64,000 nucleotides of DNA, taken from NCBI GenBank assembly GCA_002269645.1, contig NIVC01000048.1, forward strand, positions 138,566 through 202,565, in the 5' to 3' direction. The DNA comes from Macrostomum lignano. Its lineage: Eukaryota. A model generated the notes under the pieces. It did no database searches, was not told the DNA's origin, and saw only the letters and a list, made by a program, of their open reading frames with translations. Both the position numbers and the translations under genes were made by a program. This document shows positions 23,902-37,288 of the stretch, piece after piece. Position 1 is the first letter of the stretch. The number at the start of each line of letters is the position of its first letter.

Positions 23902-24645
23902 TTAAGCAAATGGCGACAGGCACTCGCACAGGACATTGGAAATAGCATCGTACTTGCCGCCGATATCCGTAAGACCCATAAAATCCAGATACTTTGAAAT
24001 TACATTTTCTCCTCCGAGGAAATTGTCGGGCTGATCCTTAGCCCAGAAGCTGCCAACGCTGGTGTTGCAGCCGACCCAGTACCAGCCGCCCAGAGGCTCC
24101 GCACTGCCTGCTGGCTGGAGGCCTCCGAGCCAGATCGATTGTCCAGAGCTGTAGGTTGAGTAGATGGAGTTCACGTGGCTCATCTCCTGCTCGCTGGTCA
24201 CGTCGGCCATGATGACCAGACCGCTCTCTGACTCGCACTTCTGCCTGCTCAGCCACCACGTCCCGATGCCAGAGTACAGCTTGTACTTCACTCCGCACAG
24301 GTCCATGCCGTAGCCAGACGGACACAGCGCGCCCGCCTCGAGTCCCGGCCGCTGCTTGACGAACACCCGGCCTCTCCTGGAGCAGCCGCAGCTCCTCACC
24401 GACTTGCTGCACTTGTCGAACACAAACAGCTGGCACGGACCGTCAGCCAGGCTGAACGCCTGACAGCGCAGCTTCCGGGAGCACAGAGAGGCGCAGGCCA
24501 GCTTTCTGACCACGGCTGGGTGGAACTCGACGAATTCGGTATTGATGCAGAGACTGCCGTCAATGAGGCTGTACTGCTGCTCGTTGGCATTGGTGAGGCC
24601 AAGGACAAGAGTCATCCAGGCCACAATGTTCGATACGCTGAGCAT
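23902..24645 (-). CDS. Secreted PAN/Apple-domain + C-type lectin-domain protein, copy 3 (247 aa)
   Basis: MLSVSNIVAWMTLVLGLTNA signal peptide; PAN cysteines; IWLGG, WYW, WAKDQPDN; acceptor ttttaccgacAG 12 nt upstream of the ATG. Confidence 0.87.
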   Translation of the reverse strand: MLSVSNIVAWMTLVLGLTNANEQQYSLIDGSLCINTEFVEFHPAVVRKLACASLCSRKLRCQAFSLADGPCQLFVFDKCSKSVRSCGCSRRGRVFVKQRPGLEAGALCPSGYGMDLCGVKYKLYSGIGTWWLSRQKCESESGLVIMADVTSEQEMSHVNSIYSTYSSGQSIWLGGLQPAGSAEPLGGWYWVGCNTSVGSFWAKDQPDNFLGGENVISKYLDFMGLTDIGGKYDAISNVLCECLSPFA

Positions 24646-25769
24646 TTTTGCTCGTAGCTGTCGGTAAAATGTTTTGTTTAAGAAATTGGTCAAAGTAATA
24701 ACGAGAGACGATGCGAATCGCTTTTATAAAAACATTTTTAGCAAGCGGATTCTATTTGATTTTTTTGCCCACTCGTGTCTCGTTTCCGAGAATTTTTTTA
24801 TTTGTTGAAAAAATTGAATTTCCTGCGGTGAATGCCAAACTACAGTGACTTTGTCCTGACTCAGCTAGAGGGGGCCCCGCGGGGCACCGGATGCAGCTTT
24901 GAGTCTTCGCCGCCAATTTCGCTAACCCCTGGCAACCACGGGAAGCAATGCTGCGCAGGGAGATCCGGTAGTGCCGGCGTCCTCAGCGCGGTCCTCCTCC
25001 GGAGTCCAGGAGGTGGGTGGTTAGAGAACGAGTAGAGAACGAGGTTCACGGCTGAGCTGGCTGAGCCTGCAGCTGGACTGCTTATTCCCCTATCAGGGAC
25101 AAATTTAGAAAAGAAAATTCAGGAAGTTTCCTGCACCGCGTCCGAAACTTTGAGAACCTCTGAAGAGTTGATTCGGGAGGTGATCAGTCCCCCGAAAACT
25201 CCCACTTCCAGACACTTAAGCCTGGGAACAAAATCAGTGATCACTTACTGTTGCGGGCTCCTCTTCTTTGTCGCGCGCGTCTGTAGAGCTCGTCTCCTTA
25301 GAGCTGTTGCTCCCGGGGTAGTCTTCTTGAAGTCTAGAATCGGCCGAAAGTGAGAGCGTAGCAATTAAATCGACGTCGCAGTATTCCTTCGAGTGCAGAA
25401 TTCAATGTATTCTCGAGTGCCGAAATCAATGTCAACGATGCGCCCTAGTAACAAAATCAACTTCAATACGAGGTCCTCCAGAAAGGGCGTCTTCTTCTAG
25501 AACTAACGGAATCGGAGTCGTGTTCTCCTATCGGTTAATCTAGGATAACCAAAATCAATCAAATCAATAATCCTCTAAGGGTATCGCAATCGGTCCGCAG
25601 ATCCTATCCAATCCCTTAGGAAAAGGGAGGCCTCAAACTCAATGGAGCCCAACAAATGGAGCCCAACTCAATGGAGCCCAACAAGACTCAATAAAATCAA
25701 CTGAACAGTAACGGCCGGCAATAACAATCGCTCTCAATAATCAAAATAACGAAGACTTGAACAAAGCTT

Positions 25770-25892
25770 ACCAATTGGTGTTTATATCTTCCTCAGAGAT
25801 ATAGCCTCGTTGGCTGCTCTTGCAAAGCCCAATATCTTTGGAGGCTGCTCCGAGTCTGAGATTTCAGCTCGGATTTTGCCTTTGTATTTATA
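25770..25892 (-). promoter_or_regulatory. Candidate TATA box + short non-coding first exon + splice donor for lectin copy 3
   Basis: TATAAATA on minus at 25885-25892 and G|GTAAGC donor at 25771; the same layout occurs at 1244-1251 / 1123. Confidence 0.35.
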
Positions 25893-28800
25893 CACAATTT
25901 TTCGGCCTTGAGTCGACCTTGAGCTCAAAACCGGTTTTTTGATGAGTTCACGAAAGGAATTTTATTATTTGACAGGTGGGGTTTTTGAATAGAAAGGGGT
26001 GAGACTTGGGTTACATTCAGGTTAACATTTACCATATTTGGAAGTTCTAAAAATAGATGTCGAGAACCGGTTTTTTCGAACAATAGCATAGCCACTCGCT
26101 GTTTGCGTGACATGACTGGTATTACTAAAAATAGAGTATGACCCATAGCTATTTTTAAATTTGTATTCATAACTTTATGTTACTACTTTTAGTAGGCTAC
26201 TGTGTTTGAAGATCTCTACACCTCAACAGCCATTTATATCTGATGGTGCAGGAAAGCAAAGAATTAACGATAAAGCTGGCGGTAACAAAAGCTATACTTG
26301 CAGCAAGATAACGCGACAGTCCTGGCAGATAAATGGTTATTTTTGCTTTCTTTTGGTTATTTTTATTTTTGGTTGGCAGTCGGCTTGGTCAGTAGCCCAC
26401 ATTTTGGGCTCCATCCCAGTGGTTTCATATCGGCCAGTTCGCACACAATATGGTGATATATCAATAATACATGTAACGAAGCGATTAAAAATATATCAAT
26501 TTGGTTACTGAATGTTGTCGAAAATGAAATCTCATTCCTTTATTTTCACATATTACAATTATCATTGGCTACAATGCAAGTACACTGTAAGCATTTATAG
26601 CGGCTTCTTTTTCCGGATATGTTAATAAATGTTTAAGGGATTAAACAAAAACTGTCAAAATTATTTTTAGTTTAGCTAACATGTGTGGCACCATTACTGA
26701 GATGCTTATCTAATAAAAATGTTTTGTGTGAACTAAGTTGAAATACTTTTCTACCAAACGTATCTTATTGTTAGTGCAAACAATAAATTATTTATTTTAA
26801 CGGTATAACTTTTAATTAATTTTTCATGCGAGCTTTTCAGAAACGGTACGGTACGGTACGGTAGACCGTACACGGTAGTGCAGTCCAACTTGCAACTCTG
26901 ATTGCTAAGCGAACTGCGAAATTTGAGGCCCTTCTAAAATATTTTAATAGGGTGAATGTGTTTTCTATTCTTAACCTGCCTACCGTCCCTACCGACTACG
27001 ACTAGGTTTGAAAACTGCTTTTGACGCAGTTTCATAGTACGAGCGTAGATAGAGCAAAGTATGATGATCTTTCTAGTGGTAGCGTTTTCATCTACCAGCC
27101 ACGTGCCACGTTATCATCTTTTTGATAGTTTGTAGTGCCCTTCACAAGTTTTGTAGCTATGGTTCAATAGACATAGTTCATGTGTCTATTCAATATATAA
27201 TAGTCGAAAATTGTGTGAATCTCAGTTTGGATTAATGCATTATTAGTGTTAGAACCAGTCAGTCAGATAAGAATCATAAGAGTAGAATTATTTTGTTTTA
27301 AAATTTTTGATTTTTGTGGCCAAGACTTTAGTAGTTTAATAACTAGTAGTAGTTTAAGTAGTTTAATAGTAGTTTAATAATTAGTATAAGGTCATTTTTA
27401 AGATTGATTTAAATGGACAAAGGAAATTATTTTCATTTCAGACTATTTTATTTAATCCTACTTGAACATTATTTAGCTAGTCACTGACTTACTGTGGCTT
27501 GTTTTTTAATAATTTAAATTTTTATAAGGAATATGTTTTTTTGGCTGTCAAAAGTTTTGATTTTTGATTTAAAAGAAACTTTATATTCAAGCTAAGAATG
27601 TTTTAAAAATATTTCATTACTTTTTTAATTTCAGTTTTTTCTTTGAACTCTTTTCTTCTGTCTAAATGGCATTTTATACTTCTTTTTTTCCTGTCTTAGA
27701 GTGTAAGCGAAAAATTAAGAATTTTCTTGCTTGAGACAAAATTATATCTGCATGTAATGTTATTGCTTACTCTATATCAGTTTGCAGTATAGTTTAACTT
27801 TTTTATAAACAATTATTATGCTGAAAATTTTAAATTATAAATTTAAAAGAAACCAAAAGTTCAATAACACTGTAAGATATAAAGTCTCATGTTTTTGGCA
27901 CTTTTTGATTAGCCATATTTAGCATCAAAGAAGTGACATTCATGTTGATCTTAATTATTGTTTAAATTTATAAGTTTAGCGTGTACTTTTTTGCTATTTT
28001 TCTGAACTTTCGAACCCTTCGTTTTTAGCCAGCATTTTGGTTTTCAAACATTCGAGAAAATAATATTCGTAGTTAAAAATTCTAAAACAGACAGAAGACA
28101 GGAGCCATAACGGGGTTGCATGGATGACAAACAAAAGAAACTGGAGAAGATCTGCTCAAACTCTGCCCTGCTGAAATCTGTCCATCTCTCTCTCTACCGT
28201 TGCATTCTCACTCTCTCCCTAGCAAATGTAAACAAGGCTCTGGCAAACAGCGAAAAAGCACAAGCTGACTGATATCTGCTATAGACTACTGCCGTCCCAC
28301 CGCTCCCTCGCTCTCTCCCCCATCTCATTTCTCAGCCCTCCTCAACCCGTTATGAGCTGACGACAAGAGAACTGGCGTACTTTGCTTCGCTTTGCACACA
28401 AAGCAGAAAAACGTCTTTTGTGGGGAGTTGGCGAGCAAGCCAGTGGTTGCTAGGGTGTGCAGGTATTTTTTTAATTATGGGGGGGTTAGAGGTAAGAGAT
28501 TGAAGCCAGTTCGTTGTTTCTTAGGCTTAGCTTCAGGTGGAAGGCAGGTGAGGTGTTTGTCTGCCTTTCCAAGACTCCAAGACTGCTTCACCCCCACCCC
28601 AACCGGCCTATATTCCTCATAGGCATTTGCAGCAACTGTACTCTTTGGCTCTTAATCTTTGCTGCCAATGCCGCTGCAGATGCGCAATGGATGAACGTAG
28701 AGCTTCATCTCATCTCTCTTTCCCTTTGAATTCAACTGCTGCAAAATGGGCTCCTTTCATGCCTTCAGCTGGACGGTTGGTTAAGTAAAGATGCACTTCA

Positions 28801-29136
28801 TTCTTTGCTCTGTCGCTGCCTGCCCGCCTACCTTCTTCTCGTCTCTTCGTCTCTAGCACAGTAAATCTTAGCTACTTACACTTGCTCTCCATTATTCATG
28901 GTCAGCGCAGACAGAGACTTGGTTAGACAGACACAGGCCAGGTGTTATCTGTATCCAAGCATCGACAAAATGAGTTAAAAAACGGGTTCCGAGCGTTTCA
29001 AGCCCTTTTCAAATACTTTCTCCTGAAATTCACCATTTCAGTGTGGACAAAACAAACTGCGATTCAATTCCGGCATAGTTGGTTATTGAATTTCAAATTC
29101 GAGCTCAGACACAGAGCGCAGTGACTGCCGTGTGCC

Positions 29137-29834
29137 ATGACCAGCGCACTGATGGAGCACAGCGGCAATGTTGGCAGCCTCCTGGCCGCAAGACGGCAGG
29201 CCAGGGAGGAGCGTCGCCGACAAAAGCGGATAGTGATTTTCTGCAACGGCGACATCTTCTTCAAGGGCAAGAAGGTGAGCATCACGCCGAACAGGTACGT
29301 GTCCTACAACGACCTGCTGCAGGACCTGACGTACCGGATGCCGCAGAATCTGTACCTGCCCAATGGCGTCAGGCAGCTGTTCTCGCCCAGCAGCGGCCGA
29401 CGCCTTGGAAGCATCTCCGACCTGCGGGACGGCGGCGCGTACGTGTGCGCTGGCAATGAGACTTTCAAGCCTGTGAAGTATGGAGCCGCCGAGCTGCTGC
29501 CCTGGGGCAAAGGTGAGCTGATTGAGACTACTGGCAACTCACCGCATTGAGTTCGCATGTTCACACATTCACGCAGCTTTCTAACTGTCAATATTCAATT
29601 CTTCTGTTCCCTGTTTTAGAGGGTAAGAGATTTTTAAAAAATCCTTTTGCCTGCCCCTGATGCTAGGGGTTGAATCAATTTATTAGAATTCTTGCACTCA
29701 CCTTGTTTAGTGCACCTTTATCATTTTAACATAGGCTGTGTTTTTTAGAAATTATCGATTTTCCTTTCGGTTTTTCATTTTCTAGTTTCAAAAGAACCTG
29801 ATAGGTAGATGAGTAGACAGACAGACAGACAGAC

Positions 29835-29930
<96 letters not shown>

Positions 29931-32900
29931 CGATCCCTAACTACAGTGCCGTCTATCAAACCCTCTCAGGCGCGCAGTCCAGCGGCAACTTCGACTCCGC
30001 CATCTACACAGGCAGCAGCTCCCAATTCGCCGGCTACAACGCGTTCCCGCCATCAAGGTTCCTGAAGCGGCAGCACCACGGCCAGCAGCAGCCGCAGGCT
30101 CTGCAGCTCAAGCACCCGCCCGAGTCCAGCCGCTTCGCCGCTCTCCGAGGATCCCGCGGACACGAGGCTGGCAGCGGAGCCGGCGCCGATGCTTCCGCTG
30201 GCATCGGTGGTGCCCCCGCCAGCCCAAGGTGATCACCGTCATCAAGGACGGTCAGCGGCCGCGCCAGGTGGTGAAGATCCTGCTGAACAGGCGCGGGGTG
30301 CAAAGCTTCCAGCAGCTGCTGGCCGACATCTCCGACTCGTTCGGCGGCGGACGGCGCGGCGGGCGACTTCGCCGACTGTGGAGCATCGCCGGCAGGGACG
30401 TTCGGGACGTCGGCGACCTGTTCCGCGACGAGGAGATCTTCGTGGGCAGCTCCGGCGAGGAGGCGATGACGCTGGATCGGGTGTCCGACCTGCTGGACGA
30501 GTTGTACCCCGGGAACGCCGAAGTCAAGTCGTTGCTCCGACACTGGGAGCGCCGGCTCCGACGCCAGCAGAAGCGACGCGGCAGCAAGGGTCACGTGACC
30601 GCTCAGCAGCAGCAGCAGCAGAAGCAGTCTCGGCAGCCGCAGCAGCTGCCGCCTCCGCGCGTTGAAGAGCGAGACAGCGGCTACGAGGAGGCTGAGGGCT
30701 CGGCGTCCACCCCGACCTCCGGCGCCGCTCCGCTCCGAGGCGAGCCGCTGCGCCAGGCTCTGGCAGCCCGGCGGCATTCGAAGCCGCTGCCGCTGATCCA
30801 CGAGCCGCCATCGCAGCAGCAGCAGCAGCCGCAGGAGCCGGAGGAGATCAGCCGGCAGCAGAGGCTGGCGGAGGAGCAGCGACTGGCTGATGAGGCAGCG
30901 ACAGCGAAGAAGGACAAGCAGCGCCGGTTGGGTAAACAGCGCGAGACTCCGGCAGGGAAACAACAGCAGCAACAGCAGCAGCAGCAGCAAGCCAAGGGTC
31001 GAGTTGTGTTGCCACCGATCCAAGCCTCTTCCAAGGAGCCGCAGACTGCTGAGAAATCTCGAAAAGCAGACGAGAAGCAGGCGCGCAAGGAGAAGAAGCA
31101 GCAGGAGGAGCAGCAAGAGGAGCAGCAGCAGCAGGAAGCTGATCAGGCACTGCCGTCGCTTCCGCAGCTTCCACCGGAACCTGCCGCCGTGGCAGCCGCC
31201 GACACAAAATCTCCCAAGCACCCATCGCCAAGGCAGCTTCAGCAGCAGCAGCAGCAGCAACATCAACAGTCAAGACGGTCATCCACACCGAAACCGGAAA
31301 CTCCGGTGGCTCGGGTCCTGTCCCCGGTGCGCGAGGAAGAGAAGGAGGCCACGGCGGCCACAACGGCCACCACTGCCGCAGCCACTGTCACCGCCACCGC
31401 TACCGCAGCAGCCGCCACGCCATCTGATGAAGCTTCCAGCGTCCAGGAGACGCCTAGGAAGCCTGATGAAAAGAAGGACCAGCAACAGCGGGCGTCGGCC
31501 AAGGAGAAGGTCAAGAAGGAATCACCTCAACGACAAACTCTCAAGACTCCCAAGAAGAGCGCATCGAAGAAGCGTCAGTCGGAGAGTGAGAAGCCGGAAG
31601 AGCCTCAGCAGCAGCCGCCGGCCCCGCCCGACTCCCAGCGGCCGCTGATTCGCCCCATCTCATCCAGCCGGTTCATCAACGAACGCTTCGAACTGGGCAA
31701 AACCATGGGCGACGGCAACTTCGCCATCGTCCGGGCCTGCGTCAAGAAGGAGAGCCGAAACGAATACGCCATGAAGGTGATTGACAAGTCCAAGCTGCGC
31801 GGCAAGGAGCACATGGTGATCAATGAGGTTCGCATCATGAAGATGTGCCAGCATCATAACATTGTCCGCCTGGTAGAGGAGTACGAGACTCGCACGGAGA
31901 TCTACCTGGTGATGGAGCTGGTCAAAGGTGGCGACCTGTTTGACGCCATCAGTCAGGTTGTGAAGTTCAACGAGACCCAGGCGGCTCACATGGTGGCTGA
32001 CATGGCCAATGCGCTGTTCTACCTGCACAGCAGGAATATTGTGCACCGGGACCTCAAGCCTGAGAACTTGCTGGTAAGGGACAAGTTGATACCTTGTAGG
32101 GATTACAGTAATTACTCTTTGTTGGGAGTTCAGAGTGTAGGAGCCTAATTTCTAATTTGGGGACATATTAGGGATTATGGATTTGGGATCTGGGATTTGA
32201 GAGCATTCGGGATCTGGGATTCTGGGATCTGGGACGTGGGATTTGGGATCTGAGATCTGAGATTAGGGATCTAGGATCTTGGATCTGGGATTTGGGATCT
32301 GGTAGTGTTATGGGAATATGACGCCATTTTATCTTCCATCCGCAGGTTTACCGCACCAAAGACAATCGGATCAGCTTGAAACTGGGCGACTTCGGTCTAG
32401 CGATGGAGGTTGAGAAGCCGATTTACACAGTCTGCGGAACCCCTACCTATGTTGCTCCGGAGATTCTGGAGGAGAGAGGCGAGTATTGCTATTGCTTCAC
32501 TTCTAGACGTAACCTTGATTCTCTTATGGCTAACTGGATCGGTGTTTGGAAAGAAATTAGACGGATGAAATACCGGTTTTAACTAGTGAAACATCCAATT
32601 AGACAGGTGAAACATCCAATTAGACAGGTGAAACATCCAATTAGACAGGTGAAACATCCAATTAGACAGGTGAAACATCCAATAAGACAGGTGAAACATC
32701 CAATTAGAGTGGTGAAACATCCAATTAGACAGGTGAAACATCCAATTAGACAGGTGAAACATCCAATTAGACAGGTGAAACATCCAAGTAGAGTGGTGAA
32801 ACATCCAATTAGACAGGTGAAACATCCAATTAGACAGGTGAAACATCAAATTAGACAGGTGAAACATCCAATTAGACAGGTGAAACATCCAATTAGACAG

Positions 32901-34695
32901 GTGAAACATCCAATTAGACAGGTGAAACATCAAATTAGACAGGTGAAACATCCAATTAGACAGGTGAAACATCCAATTAGACAGGTGAAACATCCAATTA
33001 GACACGTGAAATATCCAATTAGACAGGTGAGACATCCAATTAGACACGTGAAACATCCAATTAGACACGTGAAATATCCAATTAGACAGGTGAGACATCC
33101 AATTAGACAGGTGAGACATCTAATTAGACAGGTGAAACATCCAATTAGACACGTGAAACATCCAATTAGACACGTGAAATATCCAATTAGACAGGTGAGA
33201 CATCCAATTAGACAGGTGAGACATCTAATTAGACAGGTGAAACATCCAATTAGACAGGTGAAATATCCAATTAGACAGGTGAAACATCCAATTAGACACG
33301 TGAAACATCCAATTAGACACGTGAAATATCCAATTAGACAGGTGAGACATCCAATTAGACAGGTGAGACATCCAATTAGACAGGTGAAACATCCAATTAG
33401 ACAGGTGAAATATCCAATTAGACAGGTGAGACATCCAATTAGACAGGTGAGACATCCAATTAGACAGGTGAAACATCCAATTAGACAGGTGAAATATCCA
33501 ATTAGACAGGTGAAACATCCAATTAGACACGTGAAACATCCAATTAGACACGTGAAATATCCAATTAGACAGGTGAGACATCCAATTAGACAGGTGAGAC
33601 ATCCAATTAGACACGTGAAATATCCAATTAGACAGGTGAGACATCCAATTAGACAGGTGAAACATCCAATTAGACAGGTGAAACGTTCAATTAGACAGGT
33701 GAGACATCCAATTAGACAGGTGAAACATCCAATTAGACAGGTGAGACATCCAATTAGACAGGTGAAACATCCAATTAGACAGGTGAGACATCCAATTAGA
33801 CAGGTGAAACATCCAATTAGACAGGTTAGGCAGGTGTCAAAGTATTTACAACAGTACTATTTAAAGATTAATAATGTTTGATTACTGCAGGCTACGGTCT
33901 CGAGGTGGACCTGTGGGCTCTTGGCGTCATCACGTACATTCTCCTGTGCGGATTTCCGCCCTTCCGAAGCCGGGAACGCCGGCAAACTGAGCTGTTCCAG
34001 TTTATCAAATCGGGCGTGTTTGAGTTCCTCAGTCCCTACTGGGATCACATCTCGCTGTGTGAGTTTCGAATTTTATCGAATATTATGGTGTTTACTGAAA
34101 TAATGTACGAATGAATGTGTTTTTTATTCGTTTTTTTACTTCAACTCGTTGGCAAATTTAAATCGGTGCCAAAAACCCGGAAAATATTTTGAAGCACCAA
34201 ATATCTCCTACTTTTATTTCTCGTAGGTTTCGAATTTTTTTCTTAGAATTTTAAATAAGTTCTAGGAAGTTTCCTAGAAACTAATCAGCTACTATTTTAA
34301 TAGAATTTTTCAAGCACAGATTTTGAGTCGTGTATAATGTTATGATTTCTTGGAAAATAGTAGACTCTAAGACAGGTATGAAATTAAATAAATAAAAACG
34401 AATTTGTTTTTCTAATTACGATAATTATTTTCAAACCGGAATTGCAGCCGCTAAAGACCTCATCCAGCGCCTGTTAGTAGTTGACAGACGCCGACGGTAT
34501 ACCGCAGTGGACGTGCTCTGCCATCCGTGGGTGATCAGCGTCGGAGGCTCAAGAAAGCTGCCAGCCAATGTCACCATGAAGGAGCATCAGGCCAAGCTGA
34601 GAGAACAGCTTACCAAACAGGCAGACGAGGGCATGGCGGAATTCCTGAAGGTCAAGGCAAGCAGCATCTATGGTGGACCGGTTAGTGCAAAGTAG
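29137..34695 (+). CDS. DCLK3: Doublecortin-like kinase (two DCX domains + CaMK-type kinase), DCLK3-like
   Basis: Exons 29137-29512, 29970-32073, 32346-32478, 33891-34058, 34448-34695, with compatible phases. DCX1 FCNGD..FKG, DCX2 [13 protein letters not shown]; kinase [46 protein letters not shown]. One -1 frameshift is needed at the C5 run 30213-30217; intron 3 has a GC donor. Confidence 0.9.
29815..29930. repeat. (GACA)n/(GATA)n microsatellite in DCLK intron 1
   Basis: Direct reading. Confidence 0.97.
32586..33830. repeat. 21-bp minisatellite (gtgaaacatccaattagacag)n in DCLK intron 3
   Basis: About 59 units with recurrent variants. Confidence 0.98.
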
Positions 34696-35649
34696 ATCCG
34701 CTATTCAATTAAGATTAAATTGTGACACTCCCAGAACTGTGCCTTGTATTACACTGTTTCTTGAAAGAACCAACTGCCTTTCCTTTGAGTGTCAGTTAAA
34801 TGTTGTAATTGTTGATTTCATCTTAGTATTTTTGCCCTATATATCTGGCAACCTACTAATAGTACTAGATTTGCATGTACTTTTATTTTATTTCAATGGA
34901 AAAATTCTCCAAAACTGCTTCGACCTTGAAATATTTAGATTTCGCATTTTTGTACATTTCGAAGTGTACACGTGTAGTATAACTGACTGCCTCTATTTTA
35001 ATGACCAATGTCCTAGAGATACTACTGCTATTTTGATAAGTAGTGTAATTAGAGTATTCTGTGTATCTTGATTAATTAATTATATTAATTAGTGTAAAAT
35101 GCGATATTTTCTATCAAAAAAACCCTTGCTAAACAGAAATGATAATTTATAGATTCGAACTATTTGTTCTACTTTCAAACCAGTATTGTACCTTGTGTAC
35201 AACAGCATGGACCCTTCGGCCTTCAACAGACGAGCTAGCTACACATGTACTTCTGTTGGCACACTTTTAAAGAATATTTTAGCTTCTTAATCATTGCTCC
35301 AGTTTAGATTCCGTGTGCCTGATGATGCACAATTGATGGCTAATGTTAGCTCACAATGCTTTATATACTACTGTATACGCGTATAGAAGCAGTAGTATAT
35401 GAATTATGCTCAGAGTTCACGAATATGCCTTATTTTAAAGTCGGATTTTACATTTATTATATAGATTACCAAGATATTTTAATTATTACTATTATTTTAC
35501 CTGTGCCTTGGTTATTCACACCATAAATGCGAATTATAATAAAATTTATGCATAAATTATTATCGTAGCGCAACTATGATTTAACTTCAACTGTTTGATC
35601 TGAGAAAATTTTGACTAACCTTTTTTCATGAACTTCAATGCCGGCTTTT

Positions 35650-36510
35650 TCACCCACCCACAGATGCCTCAGTGCCGCCCCTTCACCCACCCAGTGCCTC
35701 AGTACCGATCCTTCACCCACCCAGTGCCTCAGTGCCGCCCCTTCACCCACCCACAGATGCCTCAGTGCCGCCCCTTCACCCACCCACAGATGCCTCAGTG
35801 CCGCCCCTTCACCCACCCACAGATGCCTCAGTGCCGCCCCTTCACCCACCCACAGATGCCTCAGTGCCGCCCCTTCACCCACCCACAGATGCCTCAGTGC
35901 CGCCCCTTCACCCACCCACAGATGCCTCAGTGCCGCCCCTTCACCCACCCACAGATGCCTCAGTGCCGCCCCTTCACCCACCCACAGATGCCTCAGTGCC
36001 GCCCCTTCACCCACCCACAGATGCCTCAGTGCCGCCCCTTCACCCACCCACAGATGCCTCAGTGCCGCCCCTTCACCCACCCACAGATGCCTCAGTGCCG
36101 CCCCTTCACCCACCCACAGATGCCTCAGTGCCGCCCCTTCACCCACCCACAGATGCCTCAGTGCCGCCCCTTCACCCACCCACAGATGCCTCAGTGCCGC
36201 CCCTTCACCCACCCACAGATGCCTCAGTGCCGCCCCTTCACCCACCCACAGATGCCTCAGTGCCGCCCCTTCACCCACCCACAGATGCCTCAGTGCCGCC
36301 CCTTCACCCACCCACAGATGCCTCAGTGCCGCCCCTTCACCCACCCACAGATGCCTCAGTGCCGCCCCTTCACCCACCCACAGATGCCTCAGTGCCGCCC
36401 TTCACCCACCCACAGATGCCTCAGTGCCGCCCCTTCACCCACCCACAGATGCCTCAGTGCCGCCCCTTCACCCACCCACAGATGCCTCAGTGCCGCCCCT
36501 TCACCCACCT
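35650..36510. repeat. 33-bp minisatellite (ctcagtgccgccccttcacccacccacagatgc)n
   Basis: About 26 nearly identical units. Confidence 0.98.
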
Positions 36511-36809
36511 GGGTTTATACAAGTACAACAAAAAAACTACTTATAAAATGAATAAAAAGCAAACAAGTTCATGATTTGGTTCAAAACTATGCTGTCTACT
36601 ATTTGATGAAGTTCTAACAACACTGTCTTTAGACTATTAGTCAGTAGTAGAGTAAGTTCCTATAACAATAAAACATTATATTTAAATGAGCACATTAATT
36701 AATTATTTAAACGGCAATATGACTCTACATTTTGTTGTACAGTGGGACAGGTAATGGGCTTTAAGTTGTCGGTTGCACTAAGCTCTGTTTTTTAGTTTGC
36801 AATATAAAA

Positions 36810-37100
36810 CTATTTATGGATCCCATTATGGGGAGATTTATGAATCCCATTATGGGGAGATTTATGAATCCCATTATAGGGATATTTATAAAATCCCATT
36901 ATGGGGATATTTATGAATCTTATGGGGATATTAGTAATACTCCATTATGGGGATATTTATGAATCCCATTATGGGGATATTTATGAATCTTATGGGGATA
37001 TTAGTAAAATTCCATTATGGGGATATTAGTAAAATTCCATTATGGGGATATTTATGAATTCCATTATGGGGCAATTTATGAATCTCATTATGGGGATAAA
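36810..37100. repeat. ~24-bp minisatellite with a near-palindromic core (cccattatggg)
   Basis: About 12 degenerate units. Confidence 0.9.
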
Positions 37101-37288
37101 AACAAAGGATCCAAATTGAACACATTTTCAAACTTGGGACTCTAAAATGAAAAGCTACACATTACACTAACTCTATAGTAATATTGTGTGCAAATCGCAA
37201 GCAAACGAGCAAGCGGTGCCACTTAAAACCTACTAGAAGATATTTTAAGTTTCAGTTTAGCCAGTTTAGCAGTTTTCCTGTTCCGCAT

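Noticed and set aside
30034-31514. Long leucine-rich antisense ORFs such as 30034-31266
   Set aside because: Antisense shadow of CAG-rich, GC-rich DCLK codons
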